Shown here piece after piece: positions 43,869-54,900 of a stretch of DNA of 56,237 nt. The DNA is taken from the IMG/VR virus record IMGVR_UViG_3300032462_000007, positions 1-56,237 of that record; one strand, 5' to 3'. The notes beneath the pieces are model-generated. The model worked only from the letters and a program-made list of their open reading frames with translations, was not told where the DNA came from and did not search any database. How positions within the stretch are numbered: the stretch's first letter is position 1; every line of letters begins with the position of its first letter. Source of the stretch: a virus. Taxonomy: Duplodnaviria; Caudoviricetes. Position numbers and translations under genes: made by a program.

Positions 43869-46800
43869 CTAAACCTCCATTAACCTTAATTGACTTTTTA
43901 CATTTGAAGAAGATCTTCCATATGTGGCAGATATTACAACAAATTTCTTATTCTCATCTACCATTTTAACACCTTCTGGTAAATCAAAATTAATTTTTAC
44001 CAAATCTCCAAGTTGGATATGTTGTGTTCCAAATGTGTCAACTTCAAATACTTTTCTTGGTCTAATAGTTTTATCTAAAATCCATTTCATGATATCTTTT
44101 GCAGAATCTTCATTTTGGATATATATAGAATTTATAGAGAAAGATTTGTTTCCATGAATTGCCCTGCTATTTTTTACACTATTATAAACTTTTTCAGACC
44201 TTCCTGGAGATGTGATTAAACTATTGCTAATTACTGGATCTGAAAAGTTTGACAACTCTTTAAAATAATCATCAACTGTTAGAACATTTGAGATATTTTG
44301 CGTGAAGGTTATTCCTTGAATCATGATTCTATTAGTTGAACTTTCACTCAGGTCTATTGCTTTATCCGTTGTATTAAAGATTAAGAACTCAGCTCCATAC
44401 GACCCTGGCAAGAATCCTGATATTGCGTAAGACTTTTCGCTACTAAATGGTGGAACAATTTTTGCAATTATTGCTGGGTAGGCTTGATCATATTTAATAT
44501 TAAAGTATGCACACTCTCTCATAATAGTTCCAAATTCTTCAAAGTAATATTCAATTCTTGGAGAAGTTTCTGTAGAAATGCTGGACATATATGTTGATTG
44601 AACTATTGATGGAAGAGAATATTTTCTCAAGGATTCCGAAATAGATAGATCTATGCCAGTTCCTGCAGTTAAAGACTGAGTATTTGCTGCCTTGTTTTTT
44701 AAAGCATATATATTTTCAAACATACATTTTGACGATGCTCTTGTAAATAGGCAAACTTTTAAACCTCCTGCTGGCATATTCAAGGGCTTGTCATCGGTGA
44801 CAGTTCCAATTAACTTATTATTTAAATATAAGAAAAAGTTTATCTTTTTATCTAATATTTCTGCCTCTATGGCAAGATCGTATACTGGAATTTCTTGAGA
44901 CACAAGTCTATCTGATCCAGCAAATTTCCCTTCGTCAACAAGAATTCTTGCAAGAGATCCCCAAAGTTTTTTTGGAACAGCCATATTTATCTTTTCAGCA
45001 GGTTGAACAGAGTATGGAGTTTTTTCAACTTTATAAAAAATAATATTTTCAAGAACTTGTACAGATCCTAACAAATTAACTGAGGCACTACTATAATAAG
45101 ATAATATATCAGATGAGAGTGCTGCAATTTCCAAATAATATCCAGAATTTGTATCAGGATCTACCATATACCCTATCCCACCAGATCCTCCAGAAAGCTC
45201 TGTAAGGTTTGCATTTGAATTAGCAACATCTATATTAAGTCCTTTAAAATAGGTTGTTGAATTTAGTGCACTTTGAGTACTATCGTCTTTCTTTGTCCCG
45301 ATTATTCTCAATCTTGTGCCAACATGCTTGTAATCGCTATCCAAATCTTTATAGACATAGTTTAATAGGTCTATGGAGTCTGATCCAGATAGTGGGGTTC
45401 CTACCATCTGCTTTACTGGAGTTGGCCCTGAAAGTACTAGTGCTGATAGTTGAATTCCGCCAACATCCGTATCCTTTACAGTAGAAAAATTATATTCAGA
45501 CCTTGCAGACTGCTTCATCCAATTTACAATTTTACTGCTTACCAAAGTCTGATTTTTAGAAACTAGGTCGTCTCCAAGTGGGTACGCTGAAGCAGAGACA
45601 GATGCAGAAATAGATGCATATTCTATAAGCTCTGTTGAAGTTGTGCTAAAAAGTTTGCTAGAGTCCATTCTAAAAGATCGTTTTATTTCAGGAGTTTTCC
45701 AATAGTCGTCCAGACCATGAGGATGAGTAGCTATGCTCGTTCCAAACTGCCCCCTACCGTGAGACTTTACTTCACCATTTTTATACCTAACATTTTCTTC
45801 CAGATTATCAAAATTAGATCCAGATGCGTTTTCATAATACGGCTCTGTATAAATTCTTAATTTTCCAGTCATAGTCATTTTTCCATTAAATACAAGTTGA
45901 GAAAAATATTTCTGATACTCACTATTATCTGTTATCCAGACAATATTATTTGTTGCAGATGCAGTTTTAACATCTACAACATATTCATGAGCATCATATC
46001 TTATGATTTCTCCATTGGAAAATAGATACCCTTGGAATCTTGGAAGCCAAAATGCACTATCTCCAACATCGATTACATTATTTTTAATCTGATAGTTTTC
46101 TACATATGGTGCAAGATTGTTAAGATTTGTTGCTAAAGGAACTGCTCCAAGTGCATATCCGACATTTGCAGCTGGTTGATTTATAGTTCTTGACTCTGCC
46201 TGTTGTCCGAGCTCCCATAAAATAGAACTTTTATAGCCATAAGTTCTTTCACTTAAATCTAAACTTGCCTGTTCTAATCTGGACACTTCTCTTTGGATAT
46301 ACCTTGTAGTGTAATTAATTTGACCATCATTGATAATTTTAGTTTCAAATCCCGAAATTCCTTCAATATTTGGAACAAATCCATCAGTCTTTTGGCCATA
46401 TAGCGTTGTCAATCTTTCAGTAATTGAAGAGTTATCATCTCTTACTGAAATATTTGGCATTAGATATTCTTTTGGCATGATTACGAAGTTGTTATATTCA
46501 TCAAAGAACATGGCTGTTTGAGTTGCTTGTGCGAGTCTTTGCAAAACTTCTGCAACTGAAACGTCTGGCTCAACAAAGAAAAATGGAACTACTGGATCAT
46601 TTGCAGTATTAATATTTTTAAATATATAATTACTAAACCCAATACCGTCTAATAGTAATGCAGTTGCCATTGTTAATGTGCAGTTCTGTAAAAATATTGG
46701 AGTTGCATTGTTTGATTCTAAAAGGAAGAAGGCATCTCTTAAATTTAATGAAACATCTTGTATGCCACTAGTCGCTACTGCTGCATTTTCTGAATAAAAA

Positions 46801-48392
46801 GTTTTTAATGGAACGAACTTGTCATATCCATTTACATCTAAAATTGATTCATAGAATTCAATTTTGACCTGTGGCTTTAAATTATTTGCAATAATACTTC
46901 CAGTCTTAGTAGAACTATTAAAAGTATTAAGCTCTGTAAAGGCTCCGTCATGATTAGAAAGATTTATTGATCCAGTAGACGCTACAAGTCCACCAACAGG
47001 TAAGCCATAGTCTGTGGCAGAAATATTCTTATTTATTTCATAATCTAACGTGTAGTCTGTTAAATCAGTCTTCAATCTAGGAGATATTTCAATTAAATCA
47101 AATGGTGTATTCGGGGCATACATTGTTTCAACAACAACTCTAATTCCCTTTATAAAAATAAAGTCTCTATAAGTGTTTGTTCCTTCAACAACAAAATAAT
47201 CAGGATCTACTATTTTTTTAATTAGACCAATTCTTTTTGTATCATCATCTTCTAATAAAGAAAACCCATAATCTGCAATAGAAGTTACCCAGTCTGACTT
47301 TCCTGAACTCCAGATATACAAGGTTCCAGGATTAGACGTGGAGCTTCCAACGACATAGGCATGTCCATCTTTAACTCCATTAGCATTATAGGTGCTGGTA
47401 TCTGGTAGTTGTTCTACTGTGTCCAAATATTGAAATAGATGAAAATTTGTTCTATATTCTTCTGGTATTTTAATTCCATAATAGATTTCTACATGCCCAT
47501 TCCAAAGCACTACTCTGGAACCATCTTTTCTTCTTGACGTTTCATTAAAAGATATTGCATCATTCCAGTTATTGCTGGAGTCTAAATATTGAATCTTCCA
47601 TCTTTTTGGTACTGAAGATTTCTTTATATCTTGTAGGGGCTCGTCATACAATATATTCCCAGTTCTAACTCTTTCAGATACCAGGATCTCTCCATTTACA
47701 CCAACTGCTGATGGATCTGCTAAATTAGTCTGCATCTTTATAACTATTCTATTAGTTGCCACTTCATTTTTATAAACAACAAATGGAACACAATCGTTTA
47801 TCTTGTAAGAAGGATCTGCAGTTGTAAAAAGTGTTGCCACCTTGCTTGAAATTCCAAATTCTTCACCATTTTCTTTTCTATAAGAATTCCAATATTTAAA
47901 TTTGTCAAATCTTGAAGAGAAGTAATATCTTGGTCTTGCTCCAGATCTAATACTATCTACAAACTTTTTATTCTCAATAGCAGGTTCATCAAAGAATAGC
48001 ATCTTATTAATACCAGACCTCGGTCTAAATGGTTTAATGCAATCTTTTAAAGAATAATATAACTCTCTACTTGTTTCTTTTGTAATAAAAGTTAGTGGCT
48101 CATCTTCATCCTCTGTTCTATACTGAGAAATTATATTAGAATCCATTGCATCTGTATAAACATTTGCATTATCTTGGGAGTCATATTCTGGATAGAGTGT
48201 TCTGTATACCACGCTGGAGCTTTCTGGCCTCCATCTATAATTACCACAATTATCAAGATTAAGAAGGTCATTTTGATTCCATTCAACAATTACTAATGAA
48301 TCGATATCAATACTATTATTTGTTTCAAGATAATTTATTAAATCATTGTCTGAGAACATTAGACTTCCTCGAGAGCAATAGAAATATCCCAA
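43869..48392 (-). CDS. Large minor tail / tail-tip hub protein (start probably 48359)
   Basis: 1.5-kaa ORF two genes downstream of the TMP; AEVL..LA..TQ.AMFFDEY, IQLGDLVKI. Confidence 0.7.
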   Translation of the reverse strand: MGYFYCSRGSLMFSDNDLINYLETNNSIDIDSLVIVEWNQNDLLNLDNCGNYRWRPESSSVVYRTLYPEYDSQDNANVYTDAMDSNIISQYRTEDEDEPLTFITKETSRELYYSLKDCIKPFRPRSGINKMLFFDEPAIENKKFVDSIRSGARPRYYFSSRFDKFKYWNSYRKENGEEFGISSKVATLFTTADPSYKINDCVPFVVYKNEVATNRIVIKMQTNLADPSAVGVNGEILVSERVRTGNILYDEPLQDIKKSSVPKRWKIQYLDSSNNWNDAISFNETSRRKDGSRVVLWNGHVEIYYGIKIPEEYRTNFHLFQYLDTVEQLPDTSTYNANGVKDGHAYVVGSSTSNPGTLYIWSSGKSDWVTSIADYGFSLLEDDDTKRIGLIKKIVDPDYFVVEGTNTYRDFIFIKGIRVVVETMYAPNTPFDLIEISPRLKTDLTDYTLDYEINKNISATDYGLPVGGLVASTGSINLSNHDGAFTELNTFNSSTKTGSIIANNLKPQVKIEFYESILDVNGYDKFVPLKTFYSENAAVATSGIQDVSLNLRDAFFLLESNNATPIFLQNCTLTMATALLLDGIGFSNYIFKNINTANDPVVPFFFVEPDVSVAEVLQRLAQATQTAMFFDEYNNFVIMPKEYLMPNISVRDDNSSITERLTTLYGQKTDGFVPNIEGISGFETKIINDGQINYTTRYIQREVSRLEQASLDLSERTYGYKSSILWELGQQAESRTINQPAANVGYALGAVPLATNLNNLAPYVENYQIKNNVIDVGDSAFWLPRFQGYLFSNGEIIRYDAHEYVVDVKTASATNNIVWITDNSEYQKYFSQLVFNGKMTMTGKLRIYTEPYYENASGSNFDNLEENVRYKNGEVKSHGRGQFGTSIATHPHGLDDYWKTPEIKRSFRMDSSKLFSTTSTELIEYASISASVSASAYPLGDDLVSKNQTLVSSKIVNWMKQSARSEYNFSTVKDTDVGGIQLSALVLSGPTPVKQMVGTPLSGSDSIDLLNYVYKDLDSDYKHVGTRLRIIGTKKDDSTQSALNSTTYFKGLNIDVANSNANLTELSGGSGGIGYMVDPDTNSGYYLEIAALSSDILSYYSSASVNLLGSVQVLENIIFYKVEKTPYSVQPAEKINMAVPKKLWGSLARILVDEGKFAGSDRLVSQEIPVYDLAIEAEILDKKINFFLYLNNKLIGTVTDDKPLNMPAGGLKVCLFTRASSKCMFENIYALKNKAANTQSLTAGTGIDLSISESLRKYSLPSIVQSTYMSSISTETSPRIEYYFEEFGTIMRECAYFNIKYDQAYPAIIAKIVPPFSSEKSYAISGFLPGSYGAEFLIFNTTDKAIDLSESSTNRIMIQGITFTQNISNVLTVDDYFKELSNFSDPVISNSLITSPGRSEKVYNSVKNSRAIHGNKSFSINSIYIQNEDSAKDIMKWILDKTIRPRKVFEVDTFGTQHIQLGDLVKINFDLPEGVKMVDENKKFVVISATYGRSSSNVKSQLRLMEV

Positions 48393-48946
48393 AGGTCGTG
48401 GTTAGTCCCACCTCTTTTAACTATGTTGTAGCTAAAATTTGAAAAGAACACTTCTAAAATGTCTGAATACTTATCTAAGTTTTGATATATTTCATCAGCA
48501 AAGGTTTGTGGCTTATCGTATGATAAAAATACATAGAATGATCCAGGATTTGCAGTGTACCACTCCAGCAACTCTGCTCCACCAGCCCCACCGTCTGCTG
48601 TATATTCGGACAGTCCAGTAACTGTGGCAACTCCGTTGTCACCAAATTCTGGATCTCCATCATAAGACCTGGAGGGTAATAAATTATATGCAAAAGATAC
48701 ATCTATCTTGTCTGCAATATGATAAGAACGCATATGACCATTGACCATTCTCTTTCTATTCTCAAGTCTATTGGCACTAAAAGAAATATCGCTTCTATTG
48801 TGGTCAGAAAGGATTATGAAGTCTTCTCTTTCTATTCCCGAAATTTGTGGAACACCATTTAAAATTCCACCAGAATTGTTGGAAAAAATCATTGCTTGTG
48901 GTCTTATCCACTTTTTTCTGCTATTTAAATATGCACTACTGACCAT
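48359..48946 (-). CDS. Distal-tail-like protein
   Basis: Immediately after the TMP; R.RMVNG.MRSY..ADK, W.I...LEEV. Confidence 0.6.
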   Translation of the reverse strand: MVSSAYLNSRKKWIRPQAMIFSNNSGGILNGVPQISGIEREDFIILSDHNRSDISFSANRLENRKRMVNGHMRSYHIADKIDVSFAYNLLPSRSYDGDPEFGDNGVATVTGLSEYTADGGAGGAELLEWYTANPGSFYVFLSYDKPQTFADEIYQNLDKYSDILEVFFSNFSYNIVKRGGTNHDLWDISIALEEV

Positions 48947-51900
48947 TAGTAATTATAACTCCTTAAATTTCCTCTTGTTTGATTTGAAAGCTTTGCCATA
49001 ACAACGTTTGCAATTTCATCTGGAGAAGCATTTGTTCCAGACACATTTACATTTACGCTATATGTATTATTATACATTGGTGAGGACGTGGCAACGACAC
49101 TTGAATTATTGACTGGTATACTTGAAGATCCTCGTTCTGGAATAGAATATCTTGGAGAACCCATTCCATCCAGGAAGTTGTTAGTTGGAACCTTTGATCC
49201 TGAACCAATTCCAGGGAAGGCCTGATTATTTAGTGCTTCTAGGAATGGCATATTGTTTTTTGCTACCGATTTTCTTATAACAAATTCACCTGGAGTAAGC
49301 ATCGCTGGAACCTTGTCAGTCATGCCTACGCCTGGCACAGTGCTACCGTAAGCCATTTTTAGCGTTGGAGGTGATTCATTTGATCCTTTATATGCAACGC
49401 CTCCATAAGCCATTTTCATCATTTTTCCACCATACTGCCTATATTGATTATGGTCAACTCCAGATACGTTTTTAAAATCAGCCATCAATGATTTTAGCAT
49501 TTCTTTTTGAGCACTTGTTAAGTTTTTTTGAGCCCTTATAGCTTCTATGGTTTGCTTTTGTTGAAGCAAGTATATTCTTAGTTCTGTTGCAGCTCTTGCA
49601 TCAGCCAACTTTAGTCTTTGCTCTTCAATAATATATAATCTATCTTCAACTACCTCTATTTGTTCATTAAGAGTTTTATTTCTTCCCAATATTTGCTCTC
49701 TTGTTAACATTTCATTATTAATTGATATTGCTAAAGATTTTATTTCTGACTGCATCTTTTCTTCCAATGCTGCTCTTGTATCTTCAAGTTGATATTGTGC
49801 AGATTTATATTGCATATCATTTGCCGCACTTGCTGCTGCTGCTATATCTCCAGATGCTAGGGCGGTTGCAAGGCTTAGTCTAGATTCATCTTGACTTAAT
49901 ATTCTATCATTTGTATTAGCAACCTTATCTAATGCCTTAAATCTTTCATCATAAACTTTATTTATAGAGTCTTCTTTTTCAGAAAGTTCCTCAAGACCTC
50001 TATTATTTAATGCTAACTGTCTTTGCTTTACTCTTATAACTTTATTTTCATTTTCGGCATTTTGTTCTAATGCTTTTGTTTGGCTGTTTAGACTTGCAAT
50101 TGTTTTTTCTTCTGAACTCATTGATAGGTATGCAAAAGCTCTGTCAGCAATCAATCTTTTTTCTGCAGACTTTGTTAATTCATCTAAAATTCTTTTTCCT
50201 TCTTTTCTAATTTTAGAAGTTTTTGATTCTGTCATTGCAATTGCTTCTAGATATCTTACTTGATCTATTAATAAAATTGCTTCCATTTTTGAAGTTCCAA
50301 TAATTTCCATAGTTACTTGCAAGTATTTTTGTTTTTCTTTTGTAAACTTAATAAATTCTTCTACATATTCTTTAAGAGTTTGAGTTTTAGATCCGCCTTT
50401 GTCTTCGTTAGGATCGTCACCTTGCGTATCTATTGCCTTATTATATTCAGTCTTGAAAGCTTTGGCGGCATCTACTTCTGCTTGTTCTATAGCCTGTAAA
50501 ACTGCTTTATTCGCTCCACCTTCACCACCAGCATACTGTTCTTGCGCTGCTAAAACTTTTGTTTGATATGTTGTTGTGTAAACTAGCAGTAAATCTTTTC
50601 TTGTTTTATCATCTAATTTTAAAAATCCGTTAAGTTCTTCACCCATAAGATCATATCCAATAGTATCAAAAACTACTTGTTTTGTAATTGGAGTTTCAAG
50701 AGCATGTATTCTTGTTGCAGCAGAATATAAAGAGTCTATTTCTTCTTGACCAATTGTTGAAATATCTATAGTTGTTGTAATTGCTGAAAAACTTTCAATA
50801 AATGATAATTTATCTTTTAATTCATCCAGCTTATCTAAGTCAATATTATCAAAGTTTACTATTTTTCCTAATGCAATTCCTCCATATTGTGATATTTCTC
50901 CAGCAAGAATTGATGCAAGTATTTTTGTAGAAGCTGCAACGTTGTCAGAACCAATTGCATCTTCTAAGTCTTTTGACATTTGTTTTGCAAGTTCTTCACT
51001 AGCTCCAGAATCTATTAATGTTTTCACATATATATCTTTATATTTATTTAAATTTTCTTTTAATGCATTTAATGCTATTGAATTTTTTGCTTCAAGATCT
51101 GCTTTAATTTGTGCCTGCTCCTGTTCGCTTGCAGTAGGAACCATGGGACCTGCCTCTGTTGCTTGTGCCTGCTCCTGTTCGCTTGCAGTAGGAACCATGG
51201 GACCTGCCTCTGTTGCTCTTGTTGGATCAATTGGTTGCGTTGGGTCTAATTGACTATTTGTTTGTTGGAAGCGCCTTAAAGCATCTCCAGATTCCTTTGC
51301 AGCTTTTAAAAGATCTTCGGTTGAATTAAATCCAGAAGTTTTTGCCAATATTATCATTGACCTTGTACTTATTTTATCGGACTCTTCATTTAATATAGAA
51401 ACCTGTCTATTATATTCTTTTAAATCAATAGTTCCTTCTTGGAATGCAAGACTTATAAGGGCTCTTGCGTTTGCTTCTTTTTTATAATTTTCAACTGTTA
51501 TTTCTGAATTTTGTGATAAAATTTGTTCATCTATAAATCCTTTTCGTCCACTACCAAATAATCCCTGTAAAATCTTTTCTCCAAAATTTAATTCATTATA
51601 AACTTTTTGAGCATCTGCTTTAAGCTGAGCTAAATCTAGCTTAGCAGAGATTTCTGCATTAATTTCTACAGCATTTGTTAATAAATTTTTTCCTCCTACT
51701 CCAATTAATGAAGTCAACTCTCCAACAACTTGAACTCCAAACCTTTCGTCTCCAATGGCTTTACCAACTTCTGAAGCAATAGCTGCCGCCTCTTCTGGAC
51801 TAATTATTCCAGCAATTATTGAAGATGTTAATTGATTTCTTAAAGCTTTTACAGCATCCCCTCCAGAAGATTTTACATTTTTAATATCATCTACCATTGT

Positions 51901-54900
51901 TTTTCCAGCACTTGATTGAACAAATCCCGTTCCAGCCTGTTGATCCTCTTGCGATATAGTTGAGCCTGAAGCTTTTTCAATTGAAGATGTTAATAATTTT
52001 TGAGAATTTGTTTGTCTTCCAAAGAATTTCGCCATCTCATTAGTTTTATCAGCACTTCCATACATTGCTTTTGTAAATTCTGAAGATGCTTTTTTTGCCT
52101 TTTTTAAATCTTGATTTAAAGCATTTAATAAAAATCCTGTAGTAAGTAAACCCTGTACAGCAATACCAATTGGACCCCCTATCATTGCAAATTTTGAAAA
52201 TGTGGACACAGAGGTTGCAATTTTAGGAATTAACTTTCCCATTCCTTTTGAAGTTAATTGAGTATTTTTTGAAGCCACTACTAATGTTTTTGAAAATTTA
52301 TTAAATGCTGCTACTGCAGCTAGACTTGCTGCAGCTCCAGCTGCTTCTTTTCCAAATGCACTTTCTACTCCAGCTTTTTTTGCAATGAATTCTCCACCAG
52401 CATATCCACCAATTCCTACACCTATTTGTTTAACATTAAAACCACGCTTAAGAGCCCCTGGTCCTTTTTCTACTTTAACACCAGATGCTTTCATATCTGT
52501 AATAAATCTAGAAGCTCCACCTTTAATTGAATTTCCTGCAGAGTCTACTGTGGATACCATTCTTTGCATTGCCATTGTATGCATTGCTCCTGCTTTTGCA
52601 TATGCTGTATTGTTTGCAGATATTTTTGCAAATGTTGTTGATAGTTTTTGTGCCCCATCATTTAATGCTAAGTTAAGTTTTACAATAGCTCTTGATGGTG
52701 TCATAGATGTATCTGTTCTTAATGCTTGACCAGTTGCGGAGCTACTTGCTCTTTGATATGGATCTCTTTGTCCCATCATAATATTTGCTCTTGTATATGG
52801 AAGACCAGGAAGTGTTGGTTTTAAATATTTTACATTCTGAACTATTCTTTGAATATTTTCTTTAGCAAAATATTGCATACCTGCAACTCCGCCAGAATTT
52901 AATTTTTCACCATTATTAATTTGTTTAAGCAAATCCATATTTCCTTGTGTTGCTTGTTTGTTTACAACAAATTCTCCAGGGGTAAGCATTGCTGGAACGG
53001 TATCGGTATTTCCAACTCCAGGAACAATGGTTCCATTATTTGCTCTTAAAACATTTCCTGGTGAAACAATTTTTCCTCCAAGATTTACTCCAGTGGAGTT
53101 GCTCCAGGAATTTAAATAATCTTCGTTTGCCTTCTTTTTAATAGCCTTTTCTAAAATTGCCGCCTCTCCAACTGGATCTGATAGCTTCATTTTTTTAGGA
53201 TTCAAACCAGATATTTTAAACATTGCAGCTAGAACAAGTTTTTCAGCTTTTGTTGGATTAGAGGTTGTCATTAAAGTTTCAATAATTTTTTTACTTTCAC
53301 CAGTTGTTGAAGATGTTACTTTTCTTGTTATACTTGCTATAGAATGTAATGTTTGTGGAGAAAGTAGTACTTCATCCATGCTGAAATTTGATCCTGATGT
53401 TGGAGTGGTAAAGGGTAGAGCTTTGCCCATATCAATTCCAGCAGTACCCTTTTTAGAATTAACAAGTATTCTAGCAACCTGTGCTACTTCTCTACTTCCA
53501 GTTCCAAGATCATTTAGCCCTGCTGAAATTTGAAAAGCGTCTTCCCTATTTCTTGTAGTTGATCTAACTGATCCTGTTGAAAAAGATTTTGGATTTTTTG
53601 CAAGCAATTCGGCATCTGCTGGACTTAATGCTCTAAATAGTTGGTTTCCCTTTCCTACATTTCCTTTTTGGGTAAACTGTTCTAGTATAGATCTAGACGT
53701 GCTATTACCTTGATGTGCAAATCTTGGATTCATCCAATATTCTTGTAAGGATGACATTTCTCTTTGATTTGCCATAGGAGTTTTTATTTTACCAGTAGGT
53801 AAAACTTTTTTTAATAAGCTTGAAAATATTTCTCCTCCAAAATTATATCCTGGTATTATTCCACCATTATTTCTTTTTACAGTTTCTGTCTGTAGAACGG
53901 GAAGTTTAGTTTTTAAATCACTTGATACTCCAGTTATTCTAGATGTTCTTTTACCTAAAAGCGTTTCTTGTTCTTTTTTCATTAATTCCATAGCATAGCC
54001 AGGGCTTCTATGATAAGCAGTAGGTATTCTGCTTCCAAATGCTTCCATTAAATTTAAAGCAGGAGTTCCAGCTGGTACTTTTTCATTTATTAATAATTGT
54101 TTAACCATTTTTTCTGGAAAACGGCTATTAAATGTTGCCTTACCTTCTTTATAAAATTTTAAGTAATATGAAAGTACTTCTTCAAATGTCATTTCACTTC
54201 CAGGATTTCCCCTTGTTAAAGCATTACTCCATGAAGACTGTGCAAGCAATCTTCTATAATCATCAGATCCAGGAACTAGTTTTCTTCTTTTTGCTTCTTT
54301 AATTCCTTTTCTAACTAAAGCTATATTTGTTTTATATCCTGCAAGACTATCTATACTTGATGTAAAAGCACTTGTTAATCTATTGCTTGATCCAGCTATA
54401 AACGGATTGAAATCTAAATTTCTATTACCTGTATAAGAGCCAAAACTTTTAAAATTTAAAATCATATCATGAAGTTCATCATAATTTCCAGATCTAAGTG
54501 CTCTAACAATTTTTGCTTGTTGTGCAACTGGAAGCTCATCGCTCATATTGCTTCCTACAGTAGTTGCTCTAGTAAGACTTTGTTGTTTTTGTGTAGGTTT
54601 AAACTGTGAATTTAAAGAATTTAACATAGTAAAGTCTGGATCACTTACTGTATTTTGTTTAGTTACACCATTCCACCCATGCTGTAGATCTCCCTCTCTT
54701 ATTTTTTTTGGTCCACCAGTTCTAAGATACTCATTTAAAGTTTTAAAATTTAATTTTCTTTGTTGGCTTGGAAGTCTTGTTCTTGTTCTTCTAAGAGATT
54801 TTATTGCGTTACTACCAACTTGTGAAAGAAGTTCTCCTCCAGGATTTAAATATTGAACTCCTGGAACTTTTCCACCCTTGTTTGCAAATAATGTATCTAT

